Assembly: GCA_002299915.1 (NCBI GenBank)
Contig: DBOG01000014.1
Location: 6,268-70,267, forward strand
DNA length: 64,000 nt
DNA from: Proteobacteria bacterium UBA652
Lineage (GTDB): Bacteria; Pseudomonadota; Gammaproteobacteria; Nitrosococcales; Methylophagaceae
Direction of reading: 5' to 3'
Shown: in pieces, positions 42,105-50,665 of the stretch
How the letters are laid out: each line of letters starts with the position of its first letter
Numbering within the stretch: the stretch's first letter is position 1
Notes under the pieces: model-generated
What the model saw: only the letters and a program-made list of their open reading frames with translations
The model's database searches: none
What the model was told of the DNA's origin: nothing
Program-made: the position numbers and the translations under genes

Positions 42105-43435
42105 CGATGTCGACGACGCCACCAGATAACAGTACCGATGATGAGTAATAAGATAGGTAGCGCAAGAAAGAAGCCAAGCCCAATTACCATACTGTGTGTT
42201 TTACTTAGACTGAGTTGGATGTCATTGCCTGTTTTTATGGGGATTTGAATCAGCGCATCATCGCCCACCAACCAGTTTATCAGTGCAATTCCGAGATCGA
42301 GATTACTGGCATTACCAAGATAGGCATTACTGAGAAAATCCCCATCACCAATAATGGCAATCCGTTGTTGTTCTTCACTGAGCAATAAGCCAATATCAAA
42401 GGGGCCAATACCGTCTACCATTTCATCAAATTCGGGTGGCTTGGATGTGCTTTCTATATCAGACCAGACATTTTCTTTGCTGGTGAGTAGGGGAAACGCT
42501 TGCCAGTGGTGGGAGGCACTTTCCTGGTATCTTACACCAACGGCATGGGGAAATAAGGTGACGGAAGGTACGGCTTGACCGATAGGATGATCGGCATAGC
42601 GGCTGATAATTATAAATTTCGGATCGCTGATGCCGAGTAATTCACCATTGGGATCAATCAGAGTACCTGGGGTGAATTGGATATTCAGTTGTTCAGCAAG
42701 GGCCGCAAGGTGTGTATTTGATTCTGGCTCTGTTAACCAGAGTAAATTACCGCCTTGTTCAATAAATGCTTTCACAATATCAATTTCACCTGGTAGCCAA
42801 GCTGTTTCTGGGCTGGCAATGACGAGCACAGCCGTATTGTCGGGGATCTGGCTATGCTCAGCAAGATTGAGCGTACGTGATTGGAAGCCTTTTTGATGGA
42901 GTTGTTGCTGCCAAAGGTTTAGACCAAAGTTGGCATCAGACAACGGGCGTTCACCATGCCCCTCAGTGAAGATGAGCCAGTGTGCTGCATCACGTGAGAT
43001 ACGGATAAGTGCATTGGTTAGCGATTGTTCTGAGAGATCATAAACATGTTCTTGGCGCGTATCACGCTGGACGATGATTTCACCTTCCTGCTGAATATTG
43101 AATTCACGCACTTGATCGGGGGCGAAATTAGGATCGATATAGTGTAGTTCAAGTAAGGGGTTTTGTGTCTGATAGCGATCAAATTGCGCAGTAATAGCAG
43201 GCTTGAGATCGCTATTATTGCTGATAAATGCGGTAATCGTTATAGGTTCTTTGATCTGTTTGAGTAGTGTTATTGTCGTCTCTGATAGGCTGTGGCGTTG
43301 GGTGGCAGTCCAATCGCTGTGTTGATTCGTTTGGATGGAGAGCTTGGCGAGTAATGTCGTTGCAAGCAAAACCAATAGATAGAAGATAATGGTTTGGAAG
43401 CGTAAATGGCGGGTATTTTTATGCGTGATATTCAT
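42101..43435 (-). CDS. GldG-like ABC transporter auxiliary protein (ABC_transp_aux family)
   Basis: 444 aa with N- and C-terminal TM anchors and a large periplasmic domain. Follows an ABC ATPase and an ABC-2 permease, with overlapping stop/start codons. Confidence 0.65.
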   Translation of the reverse strand: MNITHKNTRHLRFQTIIFYLLVLLATTLLAKLSIQTNQHSDWTATQRHSLSETTITLLKQIKEPITITAFISNNSDLKPAITAQFDRYQTQNPLLELHYIDPNFAPDQVREFNIQQEGEIIVQRDTRQEHVYDLSEQSLTNALIRISRDAAHWLIFTEGHGERPLSDANFGLNLWQQQLHQKGFQSRTLNLAEHSQIPDNTAVLVIASPETAWLPGEIDIVKAFIEQGGNLLWLTEPESNTHLAALAEQLNIQFTPGTLIDPNGELLGISDPKFIIISRYADHPIGQAVPSVTLFPHAVGVRYQESASHHWQAFPLLTSKENVWSDIESTSKPPEFDEMVDGIGPFDIGLLLSEEQQRIAIIGDGDFLSNAYLGNASNLDLGIALINWLVGDDALIQIPIKTGNDIQLSLSKTHSMVIGLGFFLALPILLLIIGTVIWWRRRHR

Positions 43436-44172
43436 GATGACAGCCGCATACTATTAAGGTGACGGATAGTCAGAATAAGGCAGAGACCAGTAAGCAAGAG
43501 GAAGTAAGCGATATCACTGGTATTTACATCGCCTTGCAGTAGGGGATTTAAGTGGGTGGGAATGGCGAACCAGTTGAGAACACTGGCACCATCGCTACTG
43601 TTTGAGCTGAATAGCCAGAGTAAAAAGAGGCTGGCAAAGGTGCTAATGGCAGCAATAATAGGTTGTTTTGTGAGCGAGGAAAAATACAGGCCTACGGCAG
43701 TAAAGCTAGCAACTAATAGTACGAGACCCAGTAAGCCTGCAGCGAGTTGGCCATAATCTAAGTGACTGCCCAACGCAAGCGATAAGGGCATTAAGCTGAC
43801 CATACACAATAAAATAATAAAGAAGGCAAAAGTACCCAGGAATTTTCCAATGACTAATGCCGACATGGAAAGAGGGGCAGAAAAAAGCAGGGGAAGTGTT
43901 CCATTTTGACGTTCTTCGGCAATCAGTCGCATCGTGATCAGTGGGGTTATGAGTAGTAATATCAGTGCGGCATTATTCAATAACATGGTTGCAACCAACT
44001 CGGTAACCCCGGGTGCACCTGGAATAGTGACAAGCTGAGATTGAAAACTGAGGAAATAATCAACATGACTGAGGAAAAGATAGGCCAAAATCAACTGGGT
44101 GAGAGCTAAAATAACCCATGCCAAGGGTGATAAAAATAGGCGGTAGAGTTCATTGCGAGCGAGCGAAATCAT
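43432..44172 (-). CDS. ABC-2 type transporter permease
   Basis: 246 aa, six predicted TM helices. Overlaps both neighbours by 4 nt. Confidence 0.75.
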   Translation of the reverse strand: MISLARNELYRLFLSPLAWVILALTQLILAYLFLSHVDYFLSFQSQLVTIPGAPGVTELVATMLLNNAALILLLITPLITMRLIAEERQNGTLPLLFSAPLSMSALVIGKFLGTFAFFIILLCMVSLMPLSLALGSHLDYGQLAAGLLGLVLLVASFTAVGLYFSSLTKQPIIAAISTFASLFLLWLFSSNSSDGASVLNWFAIPTHLNPLLQGDVNTSDIAYFLLLTGLCLILTIRHLNSMRLSS

Positions 44173-44915
44173 CCGGTTTCCTCAAGCTGGTCATCATCAA
44201 ACTGAATAATATTCATAAATGCATCTTCTAAAGAATCTTGCTCTGTTAATGCGGATACAGCGCCTGTAAACAGTAATTTTCCATGATGCATAATCTGTAC
44301 GCGATCACACAATGTTTGCACTTCAGGCAAAATATGGGTGGAGAGGATGACGCTATGTTGATCTGCTATATCACGGATCAATTGCCTAATTTGGCGGATT
44401 TGAATGGGATCCAGCCCACTGGTAGGCTCATCTAGAATCACCACCTCAGGTTTATGGATAATGGCTTGTGCAATGCCGACCCGCTGTTCATAGCCTTTAG
44501 ATAGATTTGCTATCAATCGCTGTGATAGATCACTTAATCCACAGCGTTCAATCACCTCCGCTACTGCTGCGGACTGTTGTTTTGTTGGGATCTGATTTAG
44601 CCGCGCACAAAAACGTAGGAATTCGGCGACGGTTAGAGATTTATAAAGCGGTGGTTGTTCTGGTAAGTAGCCAATATGTTGTTTGGCTTGCAATGGTTGC
44701 GAAAAGAGATCATAGCCATTCACTGTTATTTCACCATGATGGGGTGCAAGATTGCCCGTGAGCATTTGCATGGTGGTGCTTTTACCAGCACCATTTGGAC
44801 CAAGAAAGCCCAATACTTCCCCTTGATTAACATGAAAGCTAATCGAATCCACTACGTGTTGTGTGCCGTAATGACAGGATAATTCAGTAGCAGTGAGGAG
44901 GGCGGTTTCTGTCAT
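44169..44915 (-). CDS. ABC transporter ATP-binding protein
   Basis: Walker A GPNGAGKST, signature LSKGYEQR, Walker B VVILDEPTSGLD, H-loop STH. Confidence 0.92.
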   Translation of the reverse strand: MTETALLTATELSCHYGTQHVVDSISFHVNQGEVLGFLGPNGAGKSTTMQMLTGNLAPHHGEITVNGYDLFSQPLQAKQHIGYLPEQPPLYKSLTVAEFLRFCARLNQIPTKQQSAAVAEVIERCGLSDLSQRLIANLSKGYEQRVGIAQAIIHKPEVVILDEPTSGLDPIQIRQIRQLIRDIADQHSVILSTHILPEVQTLCDRVQIMHHGKLLFTGAVSALTEQDSLEDAFMNIIQFDDDQLEETG

Positions 44916-44996
44916 CTGTAGATCTATATAATGTGGAGACTAATATTATATAGAATAGGTCACTCGAAAGTCGCAAAAATTAGATTATCTGTCAGT

Positions 44997-45149
44997 CTCT
45001 CAGCGATCCCTACGAAACAAGTGAAAACGCATTCATGAATAAAACACTTATAGTACACTTCCCCTCAGAATTAACAACCGATCAAATTGTTAAACTATTC
45101 GCGTTTTGTTATTTATCGTTTTTATTCATTTTGTAGGGATCGCTCAGAG
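44997..45149. repeat. about 153-bp element bounded by 17-nt terminal inverted repeats (MITE-like or long regulatory palindrome)
   Basis: Left arm CTCTCAGCGATCCCTAC (44997-45013). The reverse complement of the right arm (45133-45149) is CTCTGAGCGATCCCTAC, a 16/17 match. Additional imperfect inner symmetry (TGAATAAAA on both arms) and a central TTAACAA-N9-TTGTTAA palindrome. Confidence 0.5.
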
Positions 45150-45192
45150 TCCGAACCATTAGGTTTGAACACTGTGCATAAAATCGATAAAC

Positions 45193-45260
45193 AGGCTCTA
45201 TCCACACACGAACGACAGGAGAGAGGGTCTAGTATTAGATAGAGCCTATTCAGCGACTTT
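45193..45260 (-). terminator. possible terminator hairpin after the EF-hand gene (long loop)
   Basis: AGGCTCTATC (45193-45202) and GATAGAGCCT (45238-45247) form 10-bp arms. On the minus strand the hairpin is followed by GTTTATCGATTTT. Confidence 0.35.
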
Positions 45261-45269
45261 TTCTATTTG

Positions 45270-45548
45270 TTAGCTTTTAGTAAAAAAGCGAACAAATTCT
45301 TGCGGGTCAACTGCGCCATCCTGGCTTGTATCAATTGCATCCCAATTACCTGAAACATCTGGGTCAGCAGCAGATTCTTCTTTGCTAACAGTTCCATTAC
45401 CATCAACATCCAGTGCTTTCCATTTTGTATTCAAATCTGTTGTTTCAGTCGCAGGTGCATCCATTGTAGGTGCAGCTGGAACAGCAGCATCTCCTGCATA
45501 TGCTGATGTTGATAGCACTGCAATAGATAAGATAGTTAATAACTTCAT
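45270..45548 (-). CDS. secreted EF-hand calcium-binding protein
   Basis: 92 aa. Signal peptide MKLLTILSIAVLSTSAYA. Two canonical 12-residue EF loops, DVDGNGTVSKEE and DTSQDGAVDPQE. AAGGAA SD. The longer ORF to 45662 would run through the promoter. Confidence 0.75.
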   Translation of the reverse strand: MKLLTILSIAVLSTSAYAGDAAVPAAPTMDAPATETTDLNTKWKALDVDGNGTVSKEESAADPDVSGNWDAIDTSQDGAVDPQEFVRFFTKS

Positions 45549-45611
45549 AATTAATTCCTTTTTTTGTCTAAACAAATTACTGCATGAGAGTCTACGCAGT
45601 ACTAGGGCTAA

Positions 45612-45627
45612 TGCAAAGCGTGTGCCA
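45612..45627 (-). promoter_or_regulatory. sigma-54 (-24/-12) promoter
   Basis: The minus strand reads TGGCAC-ACGCT-TTGCA, an exact match to TGGCAC-N5-TTGCA. It is 64 nt upstream of the EF-hand ATG and downstream of a sigma-54 activator gene. Confidence 0.75.
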
Positions 45628-45721
45628 ACTAAAATAAATAATATAAAATAACTATAAATCAATTAGATACGGGTTTTTTAAAGTTTTGGTTAGAGTCGCG
45701 ACATAAATAAAAGGCGGAAAG

Positions 45722-45739
45722 TGTCTGGCTTACCCGACA
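45722..45739. promoter_or_regulatory. TGTC-N10-GACA box 1 (GlrR/QseF-type activator site)
   Basis: TGTCtggcttacccGACA, about 120 bp upstream of the -12 element. Confidence 0.6.
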
Positions 45740-45854
45740 GTTATTGCTCGGTTGATATGGGGCAAGGGGACAAAAACCTCTTTCCCTTCACTTGTAATTG
45801 TATAAATGTCTGATATTAAATGTGTTTTATATGTTTAATAGATTGTTTATTATT

Positions 45855-45872
45855 TGTCGTGCAATAGAGACA
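45855..45872. promoter_or_regulatory. TGTC-N10-GACA box 2
   Basis: TGTCgtgcaatagaGACA. An AT-rich, bendable stretch lies between boxes 1 and 2. Confidence 0.6.
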
Positions 45873-45941
45873 AAGAGAATCAAGATAAAGCAATGTAGTT
45901 AAAAAGAGCAGTAAAGACTTGCTAATACGCTTAATCTGTCG

Positions 45942-45959
45942 TGTCACTTATTAGCGACA
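45942..45959. promoter_or_regulatory. TGTC-N10-GACA box 3
   Basis: TGTCacttattagcGACA, just downstream of the regulator stop codon. Confidence 0.6.
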
Positions 45960-45974
45960 TTGGGGTGAAACAGC

Positions 45975-47342
45975 CTATTTTTGGGGCTTAAATTGGGCTG
46001 CTTTCAGATCATGTCGTTTGAGTAAACGATAAAATTCAGTCCGATTTCGCTTTGCTAAACGGGCTGCCTCTGTCACATTACCATTGGCTAGCTGTAATAG
46101 TTTAATGAGATAGTCTCGTTCAAAGTTAGTTTTTGCATCGTTAAAACTCAGTAACGTTGCCTGTTTTTCTTGTAAGGCATTGTCCACTAAGTTAACAGGA
46201 ATTAACGGTGTGGTGGCAAATGTACAGATATGATCAATGATATTTTTTAGCTGTCGTACATTCCCTGGCCAGTGGTAACTGACCAACTTCTCTAATGCTT
46301 CATTAGAGAAGCCTTTCGCGAGAGAGGCACTATTTGTAATGAAGTGTTGCGCTAAAATAGGAATATCTTCGAGTCGTTCTGTTAAAGGGGGCAAGCGTAA
46401 GGTGACGACATTGAGTCGATAATAGAGATCCATCCTAAACAGCTCTTCAGATATAAGCTGCTGAAGATCGCGATGGCTAGCAGAAATAATGCGGACATCA
46501 ACTGCAATGGAAGTGTTGGCACCGACGGGACGTATTTCACTTTCTTGCAGTGCGCGGAGTAGTTTCACTTGGAAAGCAGGCGACATATCACCAATTTCAT
46601 CTAAGAATAAACTGCCGCCATCTGCAGTCTCAAATAAGCCTTGGCGCGACTCGGTTGCACCTGAGAAAGCGCCTTTGCGGTGACCAAATAATTCAGACTC
46701 TAATAAATCTTCAGGAATCGCACTACAGTTCACCGCAATAAAAGGTTTATCGCTACGTTTGCTAGCTTTATGCAGCGCCTGTGCGATAAGTTCTTTACCC
46801 GTGCCGCTTTCGCCTTGGATATACACACTGACATCACTTTGTGCAACGCGCTGCACTTCACCCAGCAAACTTTCCATCACCACACTTTGACTAATAATAT
46901 CGTGTCGCCAAGTATCTTGCTCTGCAGTAGTTTGATTAGGGAGAGCATTGATGTTGAGCGCTAAGCCTTTGGTAATGAGTGTGAGCAATTCTTGGCTATC
47001 AAAGGGTTTAGTAAGAAATCCAAAAGCACCTTGATTGGTGGCAGCAACGGCTTCTTTTATAGTGCCGTGTGCGGTTAAAATAATAGTGGGTAGGCCTGGG
47101 TGGTGTTCTTGGATATGACTAAATAATGCGAGTCCATCCATTTCTGCCATTCTGAGATCGGTAATCACCAATTGTGGTGAAAACCTGGGGATCACAGAGG
47201 TGGCTTGCTTGCCACTGGTGGCTGTCTGAACTTCCAGCCCTGTCGCGCGTAGGCGAACGGCTAATAGCTTTAGCAAACTTGGATCATCGTCGACCAATAA
47301 AACCCGCTGACCATGAAAATTATTATCTATAGATTCACTCAT
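45975..47342 (-). CDS. sigma-54-dependent response regulator, GlrR/QseF-like (NtrC family)
   Basis: 455 aa. Receiver domain (LLVDDDPSLL ... DLRMAEMDG). AAA+ domain with GESGTGKE, GAFSGA loop and ESELFGH. C-terminal Fis-type HTH. Gene order kinase-lipoprotein-regulator matches glrK-qseG-glrR. Confidence 0.85.
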   Translation of the reverse strand: MSESIDNNFHGQRVLLVDDDPSLLKLLAVRLRATGLEVQTATSGKQATSVIPRFSPQLVITDLRMAEMDGLALFSHIQEHHPGLPTIILTAHGTIKEAVAATNQGAFGFLTKPFDSQELLTLITKGLALNINALPNQTTAEQDTWRHDIISQSVVMESLLGEVQRVAQSDVSVYIQGESGTGKELIAQALHKASKRSDKPFIAVNCSAIPEDLLESELFGHRKGAFSGATESRQGLFETADGGSLFLDEIGDMSPAFQVKLLRALQESEIRPVGANTSIAVDVRIISASHRDLQQLISEELFRMDLYYRLNVVTLRLPPLTERLEDIPILAQHFITNSASLAKGFSNEALEKLVSYHWPGNVRQLKNIIDHICTFATTPLIPVNLVDNALQEKQATLLSFNDAKTNFERDYLIKLLQLANGNVTEAARLAKRNRTEFYRLLKRHDLKAAQFKPQK

Positions 47343-48006
47343 CTAGTTTTTTATTTAAGTCTGTTTCAATTGCTTTCAGTGCTTCTATTTTGCTGTTTTC
47401 TTCTTCTAATTGCATCTCTGCATTATCAAGTTTTTTATTAATATCCGTTTCAATTGCTTTGAGTGCTTCTATTTTAGAGTTTTCGGCTTCTAATTCAGCC
47501 TGTACTTTTTGTAATTGACGGTTTAAGTTTATCTTTTCTTTTTGCATCTTCTCAAGTTGATTTAATAGATTAATTTGATTGCTATGCAACCATTGCAATT
47601 GCGCTGAGCTATCTGGCGCTGCTTGAATTGTTTGTAGCAATTCAAGTGATCGCTTCAAGGGAATACAGCTAAAATCAGCATTGATAGCATAGACCAGTAG
47701 CCACGCCGTTTGCCAATTGGCCAGTGAATCATAGTCTTGTTTAAGCTGTTTACAGGCTATTTTTTGCTGTGATTTCTCCAGCCCTTGATATTGCATGCTA
47801 CGAAGGAATAAATGATAGACTCCTGCCTGCTCTGGTGCCATTGAAAAAGAGCCAGGTGGCGGAAATGACTGCGACGGGCGAGCGTGTGGTGTGACCACGA
47901 CTGCCTCAGAATTGGTTTCCGCTGTAGATTCAGAGGGGAGCGTGGTATAACAACCTTGAAGACTGATTAGCAGTAAGTAGAAAAGTGGGTTAACTAATTT
48001 TCTCAT
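47335..48006 (-). CDS. QseG-like lipoprotein with duplicated coiled-coil C-terminus
   Basis: Lipobox LISLQGC. Located between the kinase and the regulator. The C-terminal ENSKIEALKAIETD-NKKLD, present twice, resembles the E. coli QseG tail KLENLTDIERQLS. Confidence 0.55.
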   Translation of the reverse strand: MRKLVNPLFYLLLISLQGCYTTLPSESTAETNSEAVVVTPHARPSQSFPPPGSFSMAPEQAGVYHLFLRSMQYQGLEKSQQKIACKQLKQDYDSLANWQTAWLLVYAINADFSCIPLKRSLELLQTIQAAPDSSAQLQWLHSNQINLLNQLEKMQKEKINLNRQLQKVQAELEAENSKIEALKAIETDINKKLDNAEMQLEEENSKIEALKAIETDLNKKLDE

Positions 48007-48009
48007 GGT

Positions 48010-49479
48010 TTACATATTATCCTGTGGAAATTGTAGAAAAAAACGGGCACCAGGGTAATCCTCCGTTGGTGTTAATAGTTCGATCGTACCATTATGCGCT
48101 GCTAAGTAATAATTGACGAGAGCCAAGCCGAGGCCCGACCCTTTTACGCCCCATTGGTGCGGCAGATCTCCTTGATAAAAATCATTGAAAATATAGGGAC
48201 GGATCGCTTCAGAAATACCGGGGCCTTGATCTTCGACGGTAAGTTGAATGGTGTCATCATGTATATTTAAACTGATTTTAATCGTGCCATCAATAGGGGA
48301 GAATTTGAGTGCATTGGAAAATAGGTTGCCGATAATAATTTTAAGTTTGTCATAATCCGCATGAATATAGGTACGGTCAAAATTATGCGCTACCGAAATA
48401 TGTCTATTTTTAATGAGCAACTGGTATTCGTTGACAATACGGGCAATCAAACCATCTAGTTCAAAACTAGAAAAGGCAAGATCCACACGGGTGGCAATTG
48501 TTTTCTGATATTCTAACAAGTTATCGACTAGATTGTGGATGTTCAGATTACCCATTTTCATTAATTGCACGATTTCTGCTTGTTCGGCATTAAGTTCACC
48601 CACTACATTTTCGGATAATAGATCCGTGCCTTCTTTTAGGGTGGCCAAAGGTGTTTTGAGTTCATGCGATATATTACGAATAAAATGTTCTTTTTCTTGT
48701 TCTAAATGATTGAGATTTTGCCTAAGTGATTCCAAACGTGCGCCTAATTCGGTTAAATCTTTTGGCCCATTAATGGCGATAGGATCTTCAAATCCAATAT
48801 CCCCTAAATTACGGATGGCCTCGCCTATCTTTTTGATAGGTTGCGTTAAAAAGTGAACAAATAGCAATGCGAGAAATAGTGCTAGTGGGATACTTGCCAA
48901 CGCAGAGTAAATAAGCCGTTGCTGCATATTTTTAGATCGTGTTGCCAGGGTGTCTGCCTCGACTCCAATCTTCTTTTCACCATCATCCAATAAGGTTTTT
49001 GCTTGCGTTGTTAATTGATCGAAGGCGCTTAAATCAGACTTGGCTAATTGTAGTTCATGTCTTGCAGATTTATCCAAAATATCTTGATGCAGTTGGGTTT
49101 CAGTTGTCTCAAGGATTTCTAAGCTACCAAATAGATTAGTATCTTGTGTGTAGGCCTGAAGTGAGCGTAGCACATCTAAAAAGGTCGCTCTATTTTCTAA
49201 ATAGGATTCAAATAACTCGGGTTCATCTAAGACTTGGAATTGTCGAATATTACGTTCCATCGAGATCAAACGTTCGAGTAAGACACGACTGCCTTCCGTA
49301 TGCTTCACTGCTTGGAATAGGGTATGTTGACTTTGTTGGGTATATTTCCCCACATCTAATACGGTATAGATGATTACAAATATTAATGGCACAGTAACAA
49401 TGACAAAGCTCGCCAATACCCATTGGTAAAGCGAACCAATGCTAAACGTTTTGTTTTCAGCAGTGTTGTTTTGGATCAT
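48010..49479 (-). CDS. sensor histidine kinase, GlrK/QseE-like
   Basis: 489 aa. Two TM helices flanking a periplasmic domain, a HAMP domain, H-box FIRNISHELKTPLATL, and N/G boxes (NLFSNALKFSP, GSGLGLALV). Confidence 0.8.
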   Translation of the reverse strand: MIQNNTAENKTFSIGSLYQWVLASFVIVTVPLIFVIIYTVLDVGKYTQQSQHTLFQAVKHTEGSRVLLERLISMERNIRQFQVLDEPELFESYLENRATFLDVLRSLQAYTQDTNLFGSLEILETTETQLHQDILDKSARHELQLAKSDLSAFDQLTTQAKTLLDDGEKKIGVEADTLATRSKNMQQRLIYSALASIPLALFLALLFVHFLTQPIKKIGEAIRNLGDIGFEDPIAINGPKDLTELGARLESLRQNLNHLEQEKEHFIRNISHELKTPLATLKEGTDLLSENVVGELNAEQAEIVQLMKMGNLNIHNLVDNLLEYQKTIATRVDLAFSSFELDGLIARIVNEYQLLIKNRHISVAHNFDRTYIHADYDKLKIIIGNLFSNALKFSPIDGTIKISLNIHDDTIQLTVEDQGPGISEAIRPYIFNDFYQGDLPHQWGVKGSGLGLALVNYYLAAHNGTIELLTPTEDYPGARFFLQFPQDNM

Positions 49480-49615
49480 GGTTTATCGATGCTTTGAAAT
49501 AAGGATTAAGTGTGCTGGTGAGATTATAAATAAACAGCATGGAGAAGTAGACGATTATTCCACGGGAAAGTTGCAGTCATTCAATTACACGGAATAATAA
49601 CGCGATAAATAGACA

Positions 49616-49646
49616 TAAAAAAACCCGCAATGGCGGGTTTTTTTAT
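49616..49646. terminator. intrinsic terminator after rpmG (symmetrical A/T flanks)
   Basis: AAAAAAACCCGC-aatg-GCGGGTTTTTTT. Confidence 0.8.
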
Positions 49647-49663
49647 TCGATAATGGAAATCGA

Positions 49664-49820
49664 TTATTTGATTTTTGATTCTTTATACATAACGTGTTTA
49701 CGTACAACAGGATCAAACTTTTTCATTTCAAGTTTTTCAGGCATGGTACGTTTGTTTTTGGTCGTTGTGTAGTAGTGACCGGTGCCTTCAGAAGAAACTA
49801 ATTTAATTTTTTCACGCATG
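49664..49820 (-). CDS. rpmG: 50S ribosomal protein L33, with an apparent 1-nt insertion after codon 6 (or a GTG start at 49816)
   Basis: Not in the ORF track (under 60 aa). The body reads [48 protein letters not shown] 49820, with AAGGAG 7 nt upstream, gives MREKIK and then goes out of frame at the AAATTT run. The interval is 157 nt, not a multiple of 3. Confidence 0.8.
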
Positions 49821-49830
49821 GTAAAGCTCC

Positions 49831-50067
49831 TTACACTTTTTCGCCGCGAGCGCGGAGTTCAGTTAAAATGGTGTCAATGCCTTTTTTATCGATAATACGC
49901 AGGCCATGATTGCTGACACGTAGTTTGATAAAACGGTTTTCTGATTCCACCCAAAAACGGTGGGAGTGAAGGTTGGGTAGAAAACGGCGGCGGGTTTTGT
50001 TATTGGCATGAGACACATTGTTCCCAGCCATAGGGCGTTTCCCCGTTACTTGACATACTCTAGACAT
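49831..50067 (-). CDS. rpmB: 50S ribosomal protein L28
   Basis: 78 aa. [33 protein letters not shown]. Confidence 0.95.
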   Translation of the reverse strand: MSRVCQVTGKRPMAGNNVSHANNKTRRRFLPNLHSHRFWVESENRFIKLRVSNHGLRIIDKKGIDTILTELRARGEKV

Positions 50068-50179
50068 TTCGAAAATGCTCCTGAAAATCTGTTCTGTTTT
50101 AGGGCTAAAATAGCCCAATTAAATCCGTAAAGCCCGCCATTATGCCACAGTCACATTTAGATGTGTAGTCTAATTATGC

Positions 50180-50665
50180 TTAACTTTCTTGCAACCCCAT
50201 ACTATGGAGTTTTTCTTTTAATGCATCCATGTTGAGCTCGCCTATTTTGCGCATTAAGATGTCGCCTGTTGGGGAAATAAGGAAATGCGTTGGGGTAACG
50301 CGAACTTGATTAAATGCAGCGGCGATCTCGCCTGTTTCATCCCAAATGATAGGATAAGGCAATTGTTTGCGCGCACGCATGGCTTGGAGTTGGGCAGGTG
50401 TGTCGTGCGCTAATGCAATCGCTAAGAAGCGCAAGCCTTGTGCTGCAAATTGATCATGCAAGGCAATCAGTTCAGGGATCTCTTTGATACAACCAGGGCA
50501 ATCAGTTGCCCAGAAAATGACGAGCAAGGGACTTTGGGGTTTGGATAACACAGCATGCTGTACGCCATCAATATCGGTAAGCGTAAGATCGGGTGCTTGT
50601 GGGGAAGAACAGGCCGTTAATGCAATTAAAGCGAGCGTGAATAAAAAGGGACGTATCATAATCAT
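50180..50665 (-). CDS. TlpA/ResA-family thiol:disulfide oxidoreductase, lipoprotein
   Basis: Lipobox LTACSS. Thioredoxin motif WATDCPGCIKE. ATG 50665 overlaps the stop of the upstream gene. Confidence 0.8.
   Translation of the reverse strand: MIMIRPFLFTLALIALTACSSPQAPDLTLTDIDGVQHAVLSKPQSPLLVIFWATDCPGCIKEIPELIALHDQFAAQGLRFLAIALAHDTPAQLQAMRARKQLPYPIIWDETGEIAAAFNQVRVTPTHFLISPTGDILMRKIGELNMDALKEKLHSMGLQES

Noticed and set aside
45549-45662. Upstream extension of the EF-hand ORF (MIYSYFILFILVG ...)
   Set aside because: It would place the signal peptide internally, and it overlaps the sigma-54 -24/-12 element. ATG 45548 has an SD and gives a normal signal peptide.
49480-49615. Search for a GlmY-like sRNA or sigma-54 promoter upstream of the kinase gene, where glmY sits in E. 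coli
   Set aside because: I saw no TGGCAC-N5-TTGC element, no TGTC-N10-GACA box and no terminator-bounded short transcript. These signals are found downstream of the regulator gene instead.
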